64,000 nt of DNA from a virus: positions 38,429-102,428 of IMG/VR virus record IMGVR_UViG_3300022700_000069; one strand, 5' to 3'. Positions within the stretch are counted from its first letter, which is position 1. Each line of letters starts with the position of its first letter. The notes under the pieces are model-generated. The model searched no databases. It was not told the origin of the DNA and was given only the letters and a program-made list of their open reading frames with translations. Shown here piece after piece: positions 9,965 to 21,000 of the stretch. The translations under genes were made by a program, and so were the position numbers.

Positions 9965-10786
9965 TTATTCAACATTTTTTTGATTTAAATTTGATGTATC
10001 AATAATTCTATCATTTGTAAAATTAGATTCTTTATTAGCCGTTTCAAACCAAAATTTTCTCTCTTCCATTGACATTGTTTTACTATATTTGTCAAATAAA
10101 CTATCTTTTCTAGTTATAAGGTGTTTATAACCAATTTTAGGGATTGTATATATTTTACATGCATTATTAAGAGCACGAAGTAAAAATTCATAATTAAATG
10201 TTAATTTAATATTCTTTTTTAATCCACCAAGATTTTCAAATTCCTCTTTATTAATAACAGCACCGGAAATTTTAAAATCAGTATTTTGTTTAATTGCATT
10301 TAAATTTAAAAAACCCATTTCACCATTTTCACCAACAAATTGTTGTGCCCAAACAATTTCATTAGTAATTTTCATAGCTTGATCTTTTTCATTAACTTCA
10401 ATTATCATTGAAAGAAAAATATCAATATTAGGATATGATTTAATATATTTTTCAACATTATAAAAATATGTTGTACTATATTCATCATCTAATTCAAGAA
10501 TTGAAAAATAATCAGTATCAACTTTTGAAACACCTAAATTAACCTGCGATTGAAAATCTGTTTCACCATTATTAATAACACATTCTATTTCAGGTTTATA
10601 TTCATTTTCATTGGGAGATTTTAAAAATTCTTCAATTTCATTTTTTATTGATTTAGCATATACCAAATAAATTTTTGGTAACTTATTAATTTTTTCTTGT
10701 TTAGATATTGAATAAATTGCATTTTTTAAATATTTTTCAATGCTTTCATTATATTCATGTATTGGTATAATTACACTTGTATTCAT
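9965..10786 (-). CDS. Glycosyltransferase family 2
   Basis: SVIIPIH, NLGVS..DTDYFSILELDDEY. Confidence 0.85.
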   Translation of the reverse strand: MNTSVIIPIHEYNESIEKYLKNAIYSISKQEKINKLPKIYLVYAKSIKNEIEEFLKSPNENEYKPEIECVINNGETDFQSQVNLGVSKVDTDYFSILELDDEYSTTYFYNVEKYIKSYPNIDIFLSMIIEVNEKDQAMKITNEIVWAQQFVGENGEMGFLNLNAIKQNTDFKISGAVINKEEFENLGGLKKNIKLTFNYEFLLRALNNACKIYTIPKIGYKHLITRKDSLFDKYSKTMSMEERKFWFETANKESNFTNDRIIDTSNLNQKNVE

Positions 10787-10807
10787 TATTTTATATTTTT
10801 TTATTTA

Positions 10808-11968
10808 TTATTTATTTTTTTCTGTATTATTTTTTGATGGTTCAATTGCTGAATTAAAAACTTTTTTTCTTTCATTAATTAAATTATTATACACACTAAC
10901 TATTTGTTCTTCTGATTTTTCTGGTGTATAATTTAAAGCAATGTTTTCCATATTTTTATAAAGATCATCACCAATACTATCATCAAGAAATTTAATTAAT
11001 GCTTCCCCTAAAAATGTTGGAAGGTCATAAAAATTATTACTCCAAATACCAACATTTTCTTTCATTTTACTAATTTCACCATTTTCATCTCTTTCTAAAA
11101 GATATTCAGGTGTTATATCTGGAATTAAACCAACTGGAATAACACCACTTTTCATACACTCTAATGGAAATGTACCCCATGATGCAATTCTATCAATCCA
11201 AACAGCAGCAAAATTACCTTTCAATCTTTCAGCAAAGTCTTTTCTTCTCATTGATTTTGCTGGTTTACTTTTTGTAAGCATTGGATCAAAGGTAACCCAA
11301 CTATATTGTGGATATTTTGAATAAAATAATTTTACAAATTTTGAAATTTCATTAGGGTTTCTACCAATTACTGAAATAACAGGTTTTTGTGGTTTATCAT
11401 TTTTTTCAAAATAGTTTGGAATACTTGGATTATATATAGAAACATTGAATTTGTTTTTACCATAAAATGTTTCAATAAAATCTTTTAATGTTTGAGAAGT
11501 TGTTATAATATTTTTAATACCAAATGCTGACCAATCAGTACCCGGTACTAATGCATTTAACATATAATCAACTGATTGTAATAATCCTACTCTCATACAT
11601 GGAAGATTTTTTGTTTGTTCCATTACATTTGAAAATACTTCTGGTATAATCATAATATCTTCAGGTCCAACATTTAATTTATTATTGGACATTGGTACAT
11701 GTTCATGATCTAATAATTCATTTTCAATCCATTTGGGTTTTTCATAATTTTCTTTTTCAGTTAAAATAATTACATTATAACCCATTTTTTTTGCAACAGT
11801 TGCATGAAAATATACTTCATATACCGAAGCAGATGGATTTTCTGTTTCAGGAATGGTATAAATAAATTTTAAATCTTTATTTTCTATTTTTTTTAAAGAT
11901 TCTTTTACTTTGTTAATCTTTTCTAATTCAGCATTTTGTGCTTCATTATTTAATTTTTCTTCACTCAT
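10808..11968 (-). CDS. GT-B (GT4-like) glycosyltransferase
   Basis: DIMIIPE, SWGTFPLECMKSGVIPVG. Confidence 0.75.
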   Translation of the reverse strand: MSEEKLNNEAQNAELEKINKVKESLKKIENKDLKFIYTIPETENPSASVYEVYFHATVAKKMGYNVIILTEKENYEKPKWIENELLDHEHVPMSNNKLNVGPEDIMIIPEVFSNVMEQTKNLPCMRVGLLQSVDYMLNALVPGTDWSAFGIKNIITTSQTLKDFIETFYGKNKFNVSIYNPSIPNYFEKNDKPQKPVISVIGRNPNEISKFVKLFYSKYPQYSWVTFDPMLTKSKPAKSMRRKDFAERLKGNFAAVWIDRIASWGTFPLECMKSGVIPVGLIPDITPEYLLERDENGEISKMKENVGIWSNNFYDLPTFLGEALIKFLDDSIGDDLYKNMENIALNYTPEKSEEQIVSVYNNLINERKKVFNSAIEPSKNNTEKNK

Positions 11969-12731
11969 CTTTTTCTTTTTTTAATTTATAATTAATTATT
12001 TTTTCAAATTTTTTATTACCGTTTAAATCGTTTATTTGAAGAATCTTATCATCAATTTCACCTGTTTTACCATTTTTATTATAAGGTCTTTCAAGTTTAA
12101 TTAATTTTTTTCCTTCAGGAATATCATTATTAATTATATCTGGATCAGTGGTTATTAAAATATCTATATCATCCCACATTTCCTTATTATTTAAAACAAA
12201 ATGATATTTTTTAAATCTACTAAATATTTTACTTAAGAAAAATAGTGTCGGTGGTACACTAAACCAATTTTCTTTTGATTTTAAAATAAAATCAACATGT
12301 TCTGAATATTTTAAATAAAATTTTTCAACATGTAAATCCATTTGTTTATACATAATTGGTGCTGAACCATGTATTTCAAATACATAGTCTTCATACATAA
12401 ATCTATTATATGTTTCTTTTGCAGTTAATTTTTCTTTTTCTTTTTTAAAAGCAAGATGATCAACAGGTGCTTCACCCGTTTTTTCATCAATTTGATAATC
12501 AAGTGGATTTATATCATCAGGGAGGTCTTCTTTAAGATATTTTATTTCTTCTACTTTATCTTCCCATTTATATCCCTTAAAAAAATCATAAACATATGGT
12601 TCTTTTTCAGGTACACCATCTTCACCAAATTCTTCTACATAAAATTTATCAAATTGAAGCCATCTTGCTCTTAAAATTTCATTGATGTCTATACCAATTT
12701 TAAGTTTTTTATTTTTTTTCTGTTGTTTCAT
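11961..12731 (-). CDS. HAD-fold 5'(3')-nucleotidase-like protein, degenerate motif
   Basis: IGIDINEILR, DILITTDP, RPYN. Confidence 0.55.
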   Translation of the reverse strand: MKQQKKNKKLKIGIDINEILRARWLQFDKFYVEEFGEDGVPEKEPYVYDFFKGYKWEDKVEEIKYLKEDLPDDINPLDYQIDEKTGEAPVDHLAFKKEKEKLTAKETYNRFMYEDYVFEIHGSAPIMYKQMDLHVEKFYLKYSEHVDFILKSKENWFSVPPTLFFLSKIFSRFKKYHFVLNNKEMWDDIDILITTDPDIINNDIPEGKKLIKLERPYNKNGKTGEIDDKILQINDLNGNKKFEKIINYKLKKEKDE

Positions 12732-13011
12732 TATTTTCCTTTATTTGTTTTATTTGATGTTCTAATTCTATATGTAATTCGTTCATTAATTTAGTATGTT
12801 GTTTTATTAATTTATCATTTGTAATATATTTGGGGTTAATACATTCAATACGAGTATCATATGAATTAACTGGAATTGTAATAATTTCACTTTCAATTGT
12901 TAATGGTGATATTTGATTTGTAATTTTATGTACATAATCAGCAATATCTTCTGATCTAATACCAGCAACTCCGATATAAATTACTAATAATTTACTTTTC
13001 GTTTGACTCAT
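12709..13011 (-). CDS. Hypothetical protein
   Basis: 100-aa ORF overlapping both neighbours. Confidence 0.7.
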   Translation of the reverse strand: MSQTKSKLLVIYIGVAGIRSEDIADYVHKITNQISPLTIESEIITIPVNSYDTRIECINPKYITNDKLIKQHTKLMNELHIELEHQIKQIKENNETTEKK

Positions 13012-13771
13012 AATATTCTAAAAATTTTTCTTCAATCATTGATACTAATGGGTTTCTAACATTAGTGTCTTCCATATTCATGTTAATAACACCAATTTTA
13101 GTTTCATTTTGAAATATATTTAATAATTTTTCAAGAGAACTTTCTTCTTTATTTTTCATATCAATTTGATTAATATCACCAAGTAATATTAATTTACTAT
13201 TATTTCCAATACGTGTAAGTAATGTTCGAGCATTATCCATAGTAATATTTTGTGTTTCATCAGCTATGATAATACTATTATCTAAACTTACACCTCTCAT
13301 ATATGCAAGTGGAAATGGTTTTATAATATCAGTCTCAAGTAATTGATTTATTAAATTCTTTTTTATAATTTTTTCCATGTTAATAAAATAACTCCACATA
13401 AAAGGTTCCATCTTTTCTTTTAAATCACCCCTCAAAAATCCAAGTTCTTCACCTTTTAATGTTGTTACTGATTTAACTAAATAAATTTTACTAAATTTAT
13501 TTTTTAATTTTCTTAAAAGTGCTAATGCATATGCAACAGAAACAAAAGTTTTTCCAGTTCCAGCCGGACCAGCACATATTGTTATTTCATTATTACGAAT
13601 TGAATTTATTAATTTTATTTGTTTATCATTTTTAGCTTTTACTGTTATATTATTAGGTATTATTTTTTCTATTTCTTTTTTTATTGATTGAATATTTAAA
13701 TCATTATTATATGATAAAATATTGTTAAAATCTTTTTCTTCAGTAAATTTTTTATTTTTATTTTTTCCCAT
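12992..13771 (-). CDS. phoH: PhoH-like ATPase
   Basis: GPAGTGKT, LGFLRGDLKEKMEP, YMRG.SL, IADETQN, LTRIG, GDINQID. Confidence 0.95.
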   Translation of the reverse strand: MGKNKNKKFTEEKDFNNILSYNNDLNIQSIKKEIEKIIPNNITVKAKNDKQIKLINSIRNNEITICAGPAGTGKTFVSVAYALALLRKLKNKFSKIYLVKSVTTLKGEELGFLRGDLKEKMEPFMWSYFINMEKIIKKNLINQLLETDIIKPFPLAYMRGVSLDNSIIIADETQNITMDNARTLLTRIGNNSKLILLGDINQIDMKNKEESSLEKLLNIFQNETKIGVINMNMEDTNVRNPLVSMIEEKFLEYYESNEK

Positions 13772-13867
13772 ATTAAATAATTAATTAACTATTTACTTAT
13801 ACGATTTTTAAATAAAAATCTTGAATAAAAAATAAATTTTAAGTATTTATTATAAAAAATTATAATT

Positions 13868-14797
13868 ATGGAAAATAATGAAAATACAAATCAACCACAA
13901 AAAAAATCAATAAATGATGTGGTTAATGAATATAAACAAAATTCTAATAATAATAGTAGTAATACTGAAGATAAAAACACTGCTAAATCAACATCAATAC
14001 CAGATGCTGGATCATATAATCCAAATAATTATCAATCAGCAATGGAAAAAGAAACTGATCCGGATTTAATTACAACACATGAAATTGTCCCACTTCCATC
14101 AAAAGGTTTATTATATGAACATAAAATTGATAAAGTTGAAGTTGAATATATGACAGCTAAAGATGAAGATTTATTAACAACACCTTCATTAATTGAAAAT
14201 GGGACTGTTTTAGATATTTTATTAAAAAGAAAAATAAAAACTAAAGGTATTAAAGTTAAAGAACTTTTACCCGGTGATAAAAATGCAATATTACTTTTTT
14301 TAAGAACATCATCATATGGTCTTGAATATCCTGTTGAAGTGCCTGATCCAAGAACTGGTACACCATTTAAAACAACTGCTGATTTAAGTAAATTAAAATA
14401 TAAAGAAATAAGTGAAAGTCCTGATGAAAATGGTCATTTTAATGTTTATATTCCAATGAGGAAAAAGAATGTTAAATTTAGATTATTAAGTTCGGGAGAA
14501 GATATTGAAATATTCAATAAAGCAGAAGAAATTAAAAAAGCATATAATAGAGAATTTAGTGAATATAATACAATGAAATTAAAAGCATCAATAATTTCTA
14601 TTGATGGTAATAGTGATAGAAATTATATTGAACGATTTATTAATGCTATACCAGCTAGAGATTCATTAACAATTAGAAGAAAAATAAAAGATGTTTCACC
14701 TGATATTGATATGTCATATCCATTTATTGCTAAAGATGGTTTTAAATTTGAAGCTAATTTAACAATTGGTATAGATTTTTTTTTCCCCGAAAGTTAG
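13868..14797 (+). CDS. Baseplate hub / tail assembly chaperone (gp26-like)
   Basis: LPSKGLLY, MTAKDEDLLT, GDKNAIL..LR..SYG, C-terminal DFFFP; upstream of the tape measure gene. Confidence 0.8.
   Translation: MENNENTNQPQKKSINDVVNEYKQNSNNNSSNTEDKNTAKSTSIPDAGSYNPNNYQSAMEKETDPDLITTHEIVPLPSKGLLYEHKIDKVEVEYMTAKDEDLLTTPSLIENGTVLDILLKRKIKTKGIKVKELLPGDKNAILLFLRTSSYGLEYPVEVPDPRTGTPFKTTADLSKLKYKEISESPDENGHFNVYIPMRKKNVKFRLLSSGEDIEIFNKAEEIKKAYNREFSEYNTMKLKASIISIDGNSDRNYIERFINAIPARDSLTIRRKIKDVSPDIDMSYPFIAKDGFKFEANLTIGIDFFFPES
14776..14785 (+). other. Predicted -1 ribosomal frameshift site (T9C)
   Basis: GAT TTT TTT TTC. The -1 frame is open from 14758 through the 14815 ORF. Confidence 0.65.
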
Positions 14798-14814
14798 CGG
14801 GTGATTACAAAAAA

Positions 14815-15003
14815 ATGGTTGATGAAGAAATTTATTATTTAACAAGACACGGTAAATTTGAAGCAACATATATTGAAATAATTCCAATTTATAAAAGAAG
14901 ATATTATTTACATTTATTAGAGAAAGAAGCCGAAAAACTAGAAGAAGAAGCAAATAAAAACAATAGTAATACATCAACACAACCATATAATATTCCACAA
15001 TAA
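14815..15003 (+). CDS. Tail chaperone C-terminal part (gp51/gpT-like), probably expressed as a frameshift fusion
   Basis: EIYYL..HG.F....I..IPIYKRRYYL; sits between chaperone and tape measure. Confidence 0.7.
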   Translation: MVDEEIYYLTRHGKFEATYIEIIPIYKRRYYLHLLEKEAEKLEEEANKNNSNTSTQPYNIPQ

Positions 15004-15025
15004 CCAAGATAAAATCTTGGTTATT
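14999..15025 (+). terminator. Hairpin, possible terminator
   Basis: AATAACCAAGAT-AAA-ATCTTGGTTATT. Confidence 0.55.
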
Positions 15026-15052
15026 TGTATTTATATAAAAGATTAAAATAAA

Positions 15053-17611
15053 ATGGCTGAAGATAGAAGAAAAAAAATTAAAGATATTAATGATTTAAAC
15101 TCTGAAAGAATTGAAGAACTAAGAGAAATTAGTGCTCAATTAGAAAGAGAAATAAATAGTGGTGAAGCATTATTTGATATTAGATTAAAAACATTAAAAC
15201 AAGAAAAATATCTTCAAAAACAATATGAACTTCTTCAAGCATATCAAGAAGAAATTAATAATTTAAAACAAGAAGGTTATGAAGTAGATGAAAGTATCAC
15301 CAATGATATTGAAAAACGAAATAAAATTTATAGTGATATTAATAGAAAACAAAATATATTTAATAAATCATTAAAAACATTAGATCGTTCAGTAAAAGAG
15401 GTTGCTGGTGGATTTGAATTGATTTGGGATTATTTAATGGAATCTGATAAAGCAATTCGTAATACTATTTTAAATCTTGGTTTAAGTGGTCAAAAAGCTG
15501 AATTAATGAGAGCATCTTTTGAAGGTTCTGCTCAATATGTGGCACGTTTAGGTGGTAATTTAGGTGATGTACAAACAATAATGGAAACATATGCAAATGA
15601 AACTGGTCGTGCACGTATATTATCAGCAGAAATGGTTGAAGATGTATATAAAATTGGAAAGGGAACTGGTTTAGGTGTTGAACAAGGTGCTAAATTAGCT
15701 GCACAATTTGAATTTATGGGATTAAATGCTAAAGCAGCAATGGATTATACACAAGGAGTTGTTGAAACATCAGAATTGATGGGTGTAAATACAACAAAAG
15801 TAATGAATAACATTACTGATAATTTTAAAAGATTACAAACATATACATTTAAATCTGGTGTTAAAGGATTTGCAAAAATGGCTCAATATGCTGAAAAATT
15901 TAGAATTGATATGGGTTCAGCATTAGATGTTGCTGAAAGAGCAAGAAATCTTGAAAATGTTGTTGACATGACTGCCCAATTACAAGTTATGGGAGGTGAA
16001 TTTGCAAAAACAGACCCATTTCAAATGTTATATCAAGCACGTAATGCGCCAGAAGAATTTAGTAAAAATATTGCTAATATGACTAAAGGTCTTATTCAAT
16101 TTAGAGAAACATCTGATGGTACATTTCAAAAATTTATATCACCAGCAGATCGTGATCGTGTTGCTCAAGTTGCTAAATCATTAGGTATGTCAACAGAAGA
16201 ATTAACAGAACAAGCATATCGTATGGCTGATTTACAAAAAATGCGCCAACAAATGATTGGAATGGGATTATCTGATGCTGAAAAGGATTTAATAGAAGGA
16301 ATGGCAGAATTTAATACACAAACAGGTAAATTTACAGTTCATATAGGAAATGCAACAAAAGATATAAATAAATTAACAAAAAATGAATTAGAAATATTAA
16401 AAACAGAAAAATCATCATTAGATAAGAGAGCAAAACAAGCACAAACATTTGATGATGTATATAAAGCAACTATTCAAGAATTTAAAGCAATATTATTACC
16501 AATGTTAAGAGGTGTAAATGATGTTCTTAAAACAATCAGACCATTTATTACTAAATTAGGTGATGTTATTAAAGAATGGGATATGAGTAGTTTTTTAAAA
16601 GGTGCTGGAATATTAGCGAGTAGTGCTTTATTATGGAAAGGAGTAAGTGCTGGTTTAAATCGTGCATCACAAGGTTTAATAAATGCTGGTAAAAATATTT
16701 TTGGTAAAAAAGGTGGTGGTGTTGGATCAACTGCTACCCAAACACTAGCTAAAGGTAAAGCTGCTGGTGCACGTGCTGCAGGTAGAGGTACGGGTATGCT
16801 TAAGGGTGGTGTTGGTGTTGGTGCTGCTGGTCTTGGTATCGGTGCTGGTGTTGGGCTTGCTGCAGAAGGAATTAGTTCACTTGCTGATGCTATGAGTAAA
16901 CTAACTCCCGAACAAGGAGAAACATTAAAAAAAATTGTAAATTCATTAATGATATTTTCAGGTATTGCTGTTGCTTTAAGTGTTGGTGTAGCTGCTTTAG
17001 GTAGTACAGCAACTGCTGCAGCACCCGGTTTATTAGCATTTGGTGGTGCTGCTTTAATGGTTGGTGGTGCTGTTAATTTAGCAGCAAGAGGTATTGGAAA
17101 AATGGCAGAAGGTACTGGAAAAATGGCAGAAGGTTTTGCTACATTAATTGGTAGTGCTAAAGGTGCTGGTGATTCATTATTTAAAATTGCTGGTGGTATT
17201 TCTGCAATTGCTGGTTCTGTTGCTTTAATGGGTGCTGGTGGTGTATTTGGATTACCAATGTTTGCAGCAACACTTGGATTAATAACAAAAAAATCTGATG
17301 ATCTTGAAAGAATTGGTGCTGCTTTTGGTAATATTAATGCTGTACTTAGAGGTAGTAAAGAAGATTTTGAAAGTGTAAAAAATGCTATAACAACAATATC
17401 AAAAGCTGATTTATCAAATTTAAAACAATTTAAAAATTTAAATAAAGTATTAAGTGGACCAATTAAAGTAGAATTTGCTGATAAAGAAGTTGCATTAGTT
17501 AGTAATATTACATTAAATATGGACGGATATGAAATGACTCAAAGAATAGCAGAAAGAGTACCAATTGTACAAAAAGAAATGGCTAATGGTAAAGAATCTG
17601 GTAGATATTAA
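15053..17611 (+). CDS. Tape measure protein
   Basis: 852 aa, helical, G/A-rich hydrophobic C-terminal half; follows the chaperone pair. Confidence 0.85.
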   Translation: MAEDRRKKIKDINDLNSERIEELREISAQLEREINSGEALFDIRLKTLKQEKYLQKQYELLQAYQEEINNLKQEGYEVDESITNDIEKRNKIYSDINRKQNIFNKSLKTLDRSVKEVAGGFELIWDYLMESDKAIRNTILNLGLSGQKAELMRASFEGSAQYVARLGGNLGDVQTIMETYANETGRARILSAEMVEDVYKIGKGTGLGVEQGAKLAAQFEFMGLNAKAAMDYTQGVVETSELMGVNTTKVMNNITDNFKRLQTYTFKSGVKGFAKMAQYAEKFRIDMGSALDVAERARNLENVVDMTAQLQVMGGEFAKTDPFQMLYQARNAPEEFSKNIANMTKGLIQFRETSDGTFQKFISPADRDRVAQVAKSLGMSTEELTEQAYRMADLQKMRQQMIGMGLSDAEKDLIEGMAEFNTQTGKFTVHIGNATKDINKLTKNELEILKTEKSSLDKRAKQAQTFDDVYKATIQEFKAILLPMLRGVNDVLKTIRPFITKLGDVIKEWDMSSFLKGAGILASSALLWKGVSAGLNRASQGLINAGKNIFGKKGGGVGSTATQTLAKGKAAGARAAGRGTGMLKGGVGVGAAGLGIGAGVGLAAEGISSLADAMSKLTPEQGETLKKIVNSLMIFSGIAVALSVGVAALGSTATAAAPGLLAFGGAALMVGGAVNLAARGIGKMAEGTGKMAEGFATLIGSAKGAGDSLFKIAGGISAIAGSVALMGAGGVFGLPMFAATLGLITKKSDDLERIGAAFGNINAVLRGSKEDFESVKNAITTISKADLSNLKQFKNLNKVLSGPIKVEFADKEVALVSNITLNMDGYEMTQRIAERVPIVQKEMANGKESGRY

Positions 17612-17640
17612 AAAAAACAATTATTTTTTTTAAAAAAATA

Positions 17641-17692
17641 TTGATATTCTAAAAAATTTTTTGTAACTTTGCACACAGCAATTTTAGCTTTG
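17641..17692 (+). promoter_or_regulatory. Tandem Bacteroidota sigma70-type promoters
   Basis: TTG(17641)-N20-TAACTTTG and TTG(17661)-N21-TAGCTTTG. Confidence 0.5.
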
Positions 17693-18060
17693 CATAAAAC
17701 AAAGTAAATATATATAAAAAAAAGTTTTTTTAAAAAAAAAGTTTTTTCAATTGCAAAAATTCCTGTTTTTTTATCATTCTGATAAAAATCAAAGTCACAA
17801 ATAATTTGTATTTAACTTGTACCAATTTAAATAAAATCATTTGATATTAAAGGGGCATATTATATCTAATTTTTTCTCCAAAAAAATTTTATACAAAAAT
17901 AAAAATTTTTTAATGATTATTATTAATTTAAAATAATTTACCTTCAACAAGAATGATATGATATTTTTTTTTATTCCCCCGTTAAAATTAAGACAGTTTA
18001 TCCCAATGTAAAAGTACAATATTTAAAATTAATGTGCAAGTATTTATATAAAAAATATAA

Positions 18061-21000
18061 ATGGGAAGATTAAAAGATGCATTAAAACCGAGTAATATTT
18101 GGTCTGGAACTCAATTTTCAGGATTAAATGAAGATTTAAATGAAAATGATACACCACCTTCTCGTTTACTTAATAATTCAAATGAATTAAGAAATTCATT
18201 AAAATCAAGAAATTTATATACTGAATTTACTCAATATCCATTACAACCTAATGATAGAGAAAGAATTGTAAATGCTGTATCTGGAATTTTAAATGGTATT
18301 ACACCATTTAATAGTACAAATTTAAATAATACTGCAATTGGTAGATTAATATCAACACCAACAACACCGTTAACAGATATTGGTTTGCTCATGTTAGGTA
18401 AACAATTTACGCAAAATTTTAAATCAAATGCATTACAGCAACTTATTCCCAATATTAATTTAAAAAATGCATTTGATGGAAATTCAGATACAAAATTATT
18501 TCAAGAAAATATAAATTTTAGTATAACAGAAAGAGAAGATGCTGGAAATTTTCAAAATTTTCTTGAAGATTTTTTTGGTTATAATCCAAATAGAGAAAAC
18601 CCATTTAGAAAAAATGCATCAAATGCAGAATATATATTAAATACAGGTGTTGGTCAATTAGACTTTCTTTTTGGAAATAGTGCTAAAGATGATAGTGGTG
18701 GTTTAAATAAAAATATTTATAAACCATATAAAATAGAATATTTTAATGGTGCAGAACGTAGTGGAAATAATATAGGAAGTAGAGAAAGTTCATTATCTGG
18801 TAAAGAATGGTTTAATTTTACTAATTATGATTTTTATAAATATTTACCAATAAATGTTGATTTTAATTCTGAATCTCGTGCTAATTCAGAAATGAAAGAT
18901 GGATATATTACAAGTACACCTGCTGAAGTTGAAGATTTAAGAAATCAAGAATATGCACCAGATTTAGATTATATTAATTCATATTTTGGGAGAACAAAAA
19001 ATGCAAGATTATTTAATTTAGTTAATGATTTAGAAGAAAGACCTGAAACAGAATTTGATGATAATATAAAAAATAGACTTGTTTGGGGTCGTGATGGTAT
19101 ATCAGCTAAAGCAAATGAAAGAATATCAAAATTAAGAGGTGTAAATGTCCCATCATTTGATTTACAAGATACTAAATTTAATTATAATATATATACTGGT
19201 TTATTAGAATATACACGTAATTTATTAAATGTAAGTGAAGGTCAATTAGTTGATCAAACTAAAAAAATATATAAAAATGGTGATAGTATTGATAGTGCTA
19301 ATGGGTCTAAATTATGGAAAGCACCTGAATCATCATTAAATCGATTTGCAGGTAAGAAGGGTATTAGACAACATTCAATTTTAGATCAATATGATAGATT
19401 TGCAAAAGCAATTAGATTTGATGGTAATGAAGTATATGGTGGTAATGAAAATTCTGTTATACATAAATCAGTTTTACCTAAAATTCATCCAATATTAGAT
19501 AATGAAGGTAATGTTGATAACACAAATTTGATGTTTTCACTTGAGAATCTTGCTGTTGTTGCAATTGATGGTGATGGTGAGTATGGTATTATTGATGATG
19601 AATATGGTACTCAAATACCAAGTTGTGAGGTCGGTCCGTTTAATGGTCGTATGATGTGGTTTCCACCATATGCAATTTCATTAAATGAAACAGCAAGTGC
19701 TAATTTTGAATCAACTGTAATGGTAGGTCGTAATGAACCAATATATACATATATGCATTCTGAAAGATCAGCAGTATTAACATTTACCATGCTTGCTGAT
19801 TATCCAGAACAATTAAAAAATTATATAAAAAATGGTGAATATAAAGATATTGGTGAATTTTTTGCATTTGGTGGTCCTGAATTTGAACAACCAACATTTT
19901 TAAATAATTCAGAAGAAAAACAAAGAAAAAATGAAGAAGAAATAACAAAAATAGAAGGACCAAATAAGAAAAAGAAAACACCATTAAATTTAACATCATT
20001 TAATATATCATTTCCTAATGATATACCAGCAAAAAATAATATTAATTCTAGTGTTATTGATAAGTTATATCTTGATTATAGATATGAAATTATAGAAGAT
20101 TTAAATAGTACTATTGGTACTTCAAATGGTTTAAATAGTGATATTTACATATTAAAAGGTGTTGATTTAGCTTCTGTACCACTAACATTTAATCCACCTG
20201 AAGGGTTTAGTCAATCAAACGCTGAATATGATGAAACAGAGAGACCCTTAGATGATACATTAAAAGATGCATTTAGTGATCCTGAAAATGTTAATTTTTA
20301 TGAAATTGATATTGTTGGAAGTGCAACAGCATTATATACACCAAGTATAAAAGATGATGAAGATGATGCTGAAGCATATAATAAATCAATTGGTTTAAGA
20401 AGAGCAAAAGTTGCAGAATCATTTATTAAAGCAAGAATAAAGAAAATATTTCCAGATACTGCTAGTGAAATATTAGATGGTTTAAATTTTAATTTAAGAT
20501 CAGAAGGTGCACCTAATCAAGAATATAATACTGTTGAATCCAAAAATGATTTGGGTGCAAAATTACAAAGATCAGCAAAAATAGAAATTGTTGAACGTGA
20601 AACAACACCTGATCCTAAACAACAAAATACAACGTCAGATGAACAAAGAGACATAAATGAATTAAAAAAGGAAAATCAAGGGTTACAAAATGCAAAAAAT
20701 GTTCAGGGAAAAAATTCAAAATCTGATTGCATAATGAATGAAAGAGAATCAAGTGATATTTCTGATAATGATGATGGAATTATGGGGAATGGTAGATCAC
20801 TATTAAAAAATAAATTTTATCCGGCATTTCATTCACAAACACCTGAAGATTTACATAAAAGATTAACATTTTTACAACAATGTGTGAGACAAGGTTCTGC
20901 TATTAGATCAACACCGGAAGTTGATGAAAATGGTATAAGACGTGTAAAAAATTCAGCATTTGGTCGTCAACCAGTTTGTATTTTAAGAATTGCAGATTTT

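Noticed and set aside
17837-18019. 60-aa minus-strand ORF
   Set aside because: Low-complexity translation of an AT tract, opposite to its neighbours and with no support.
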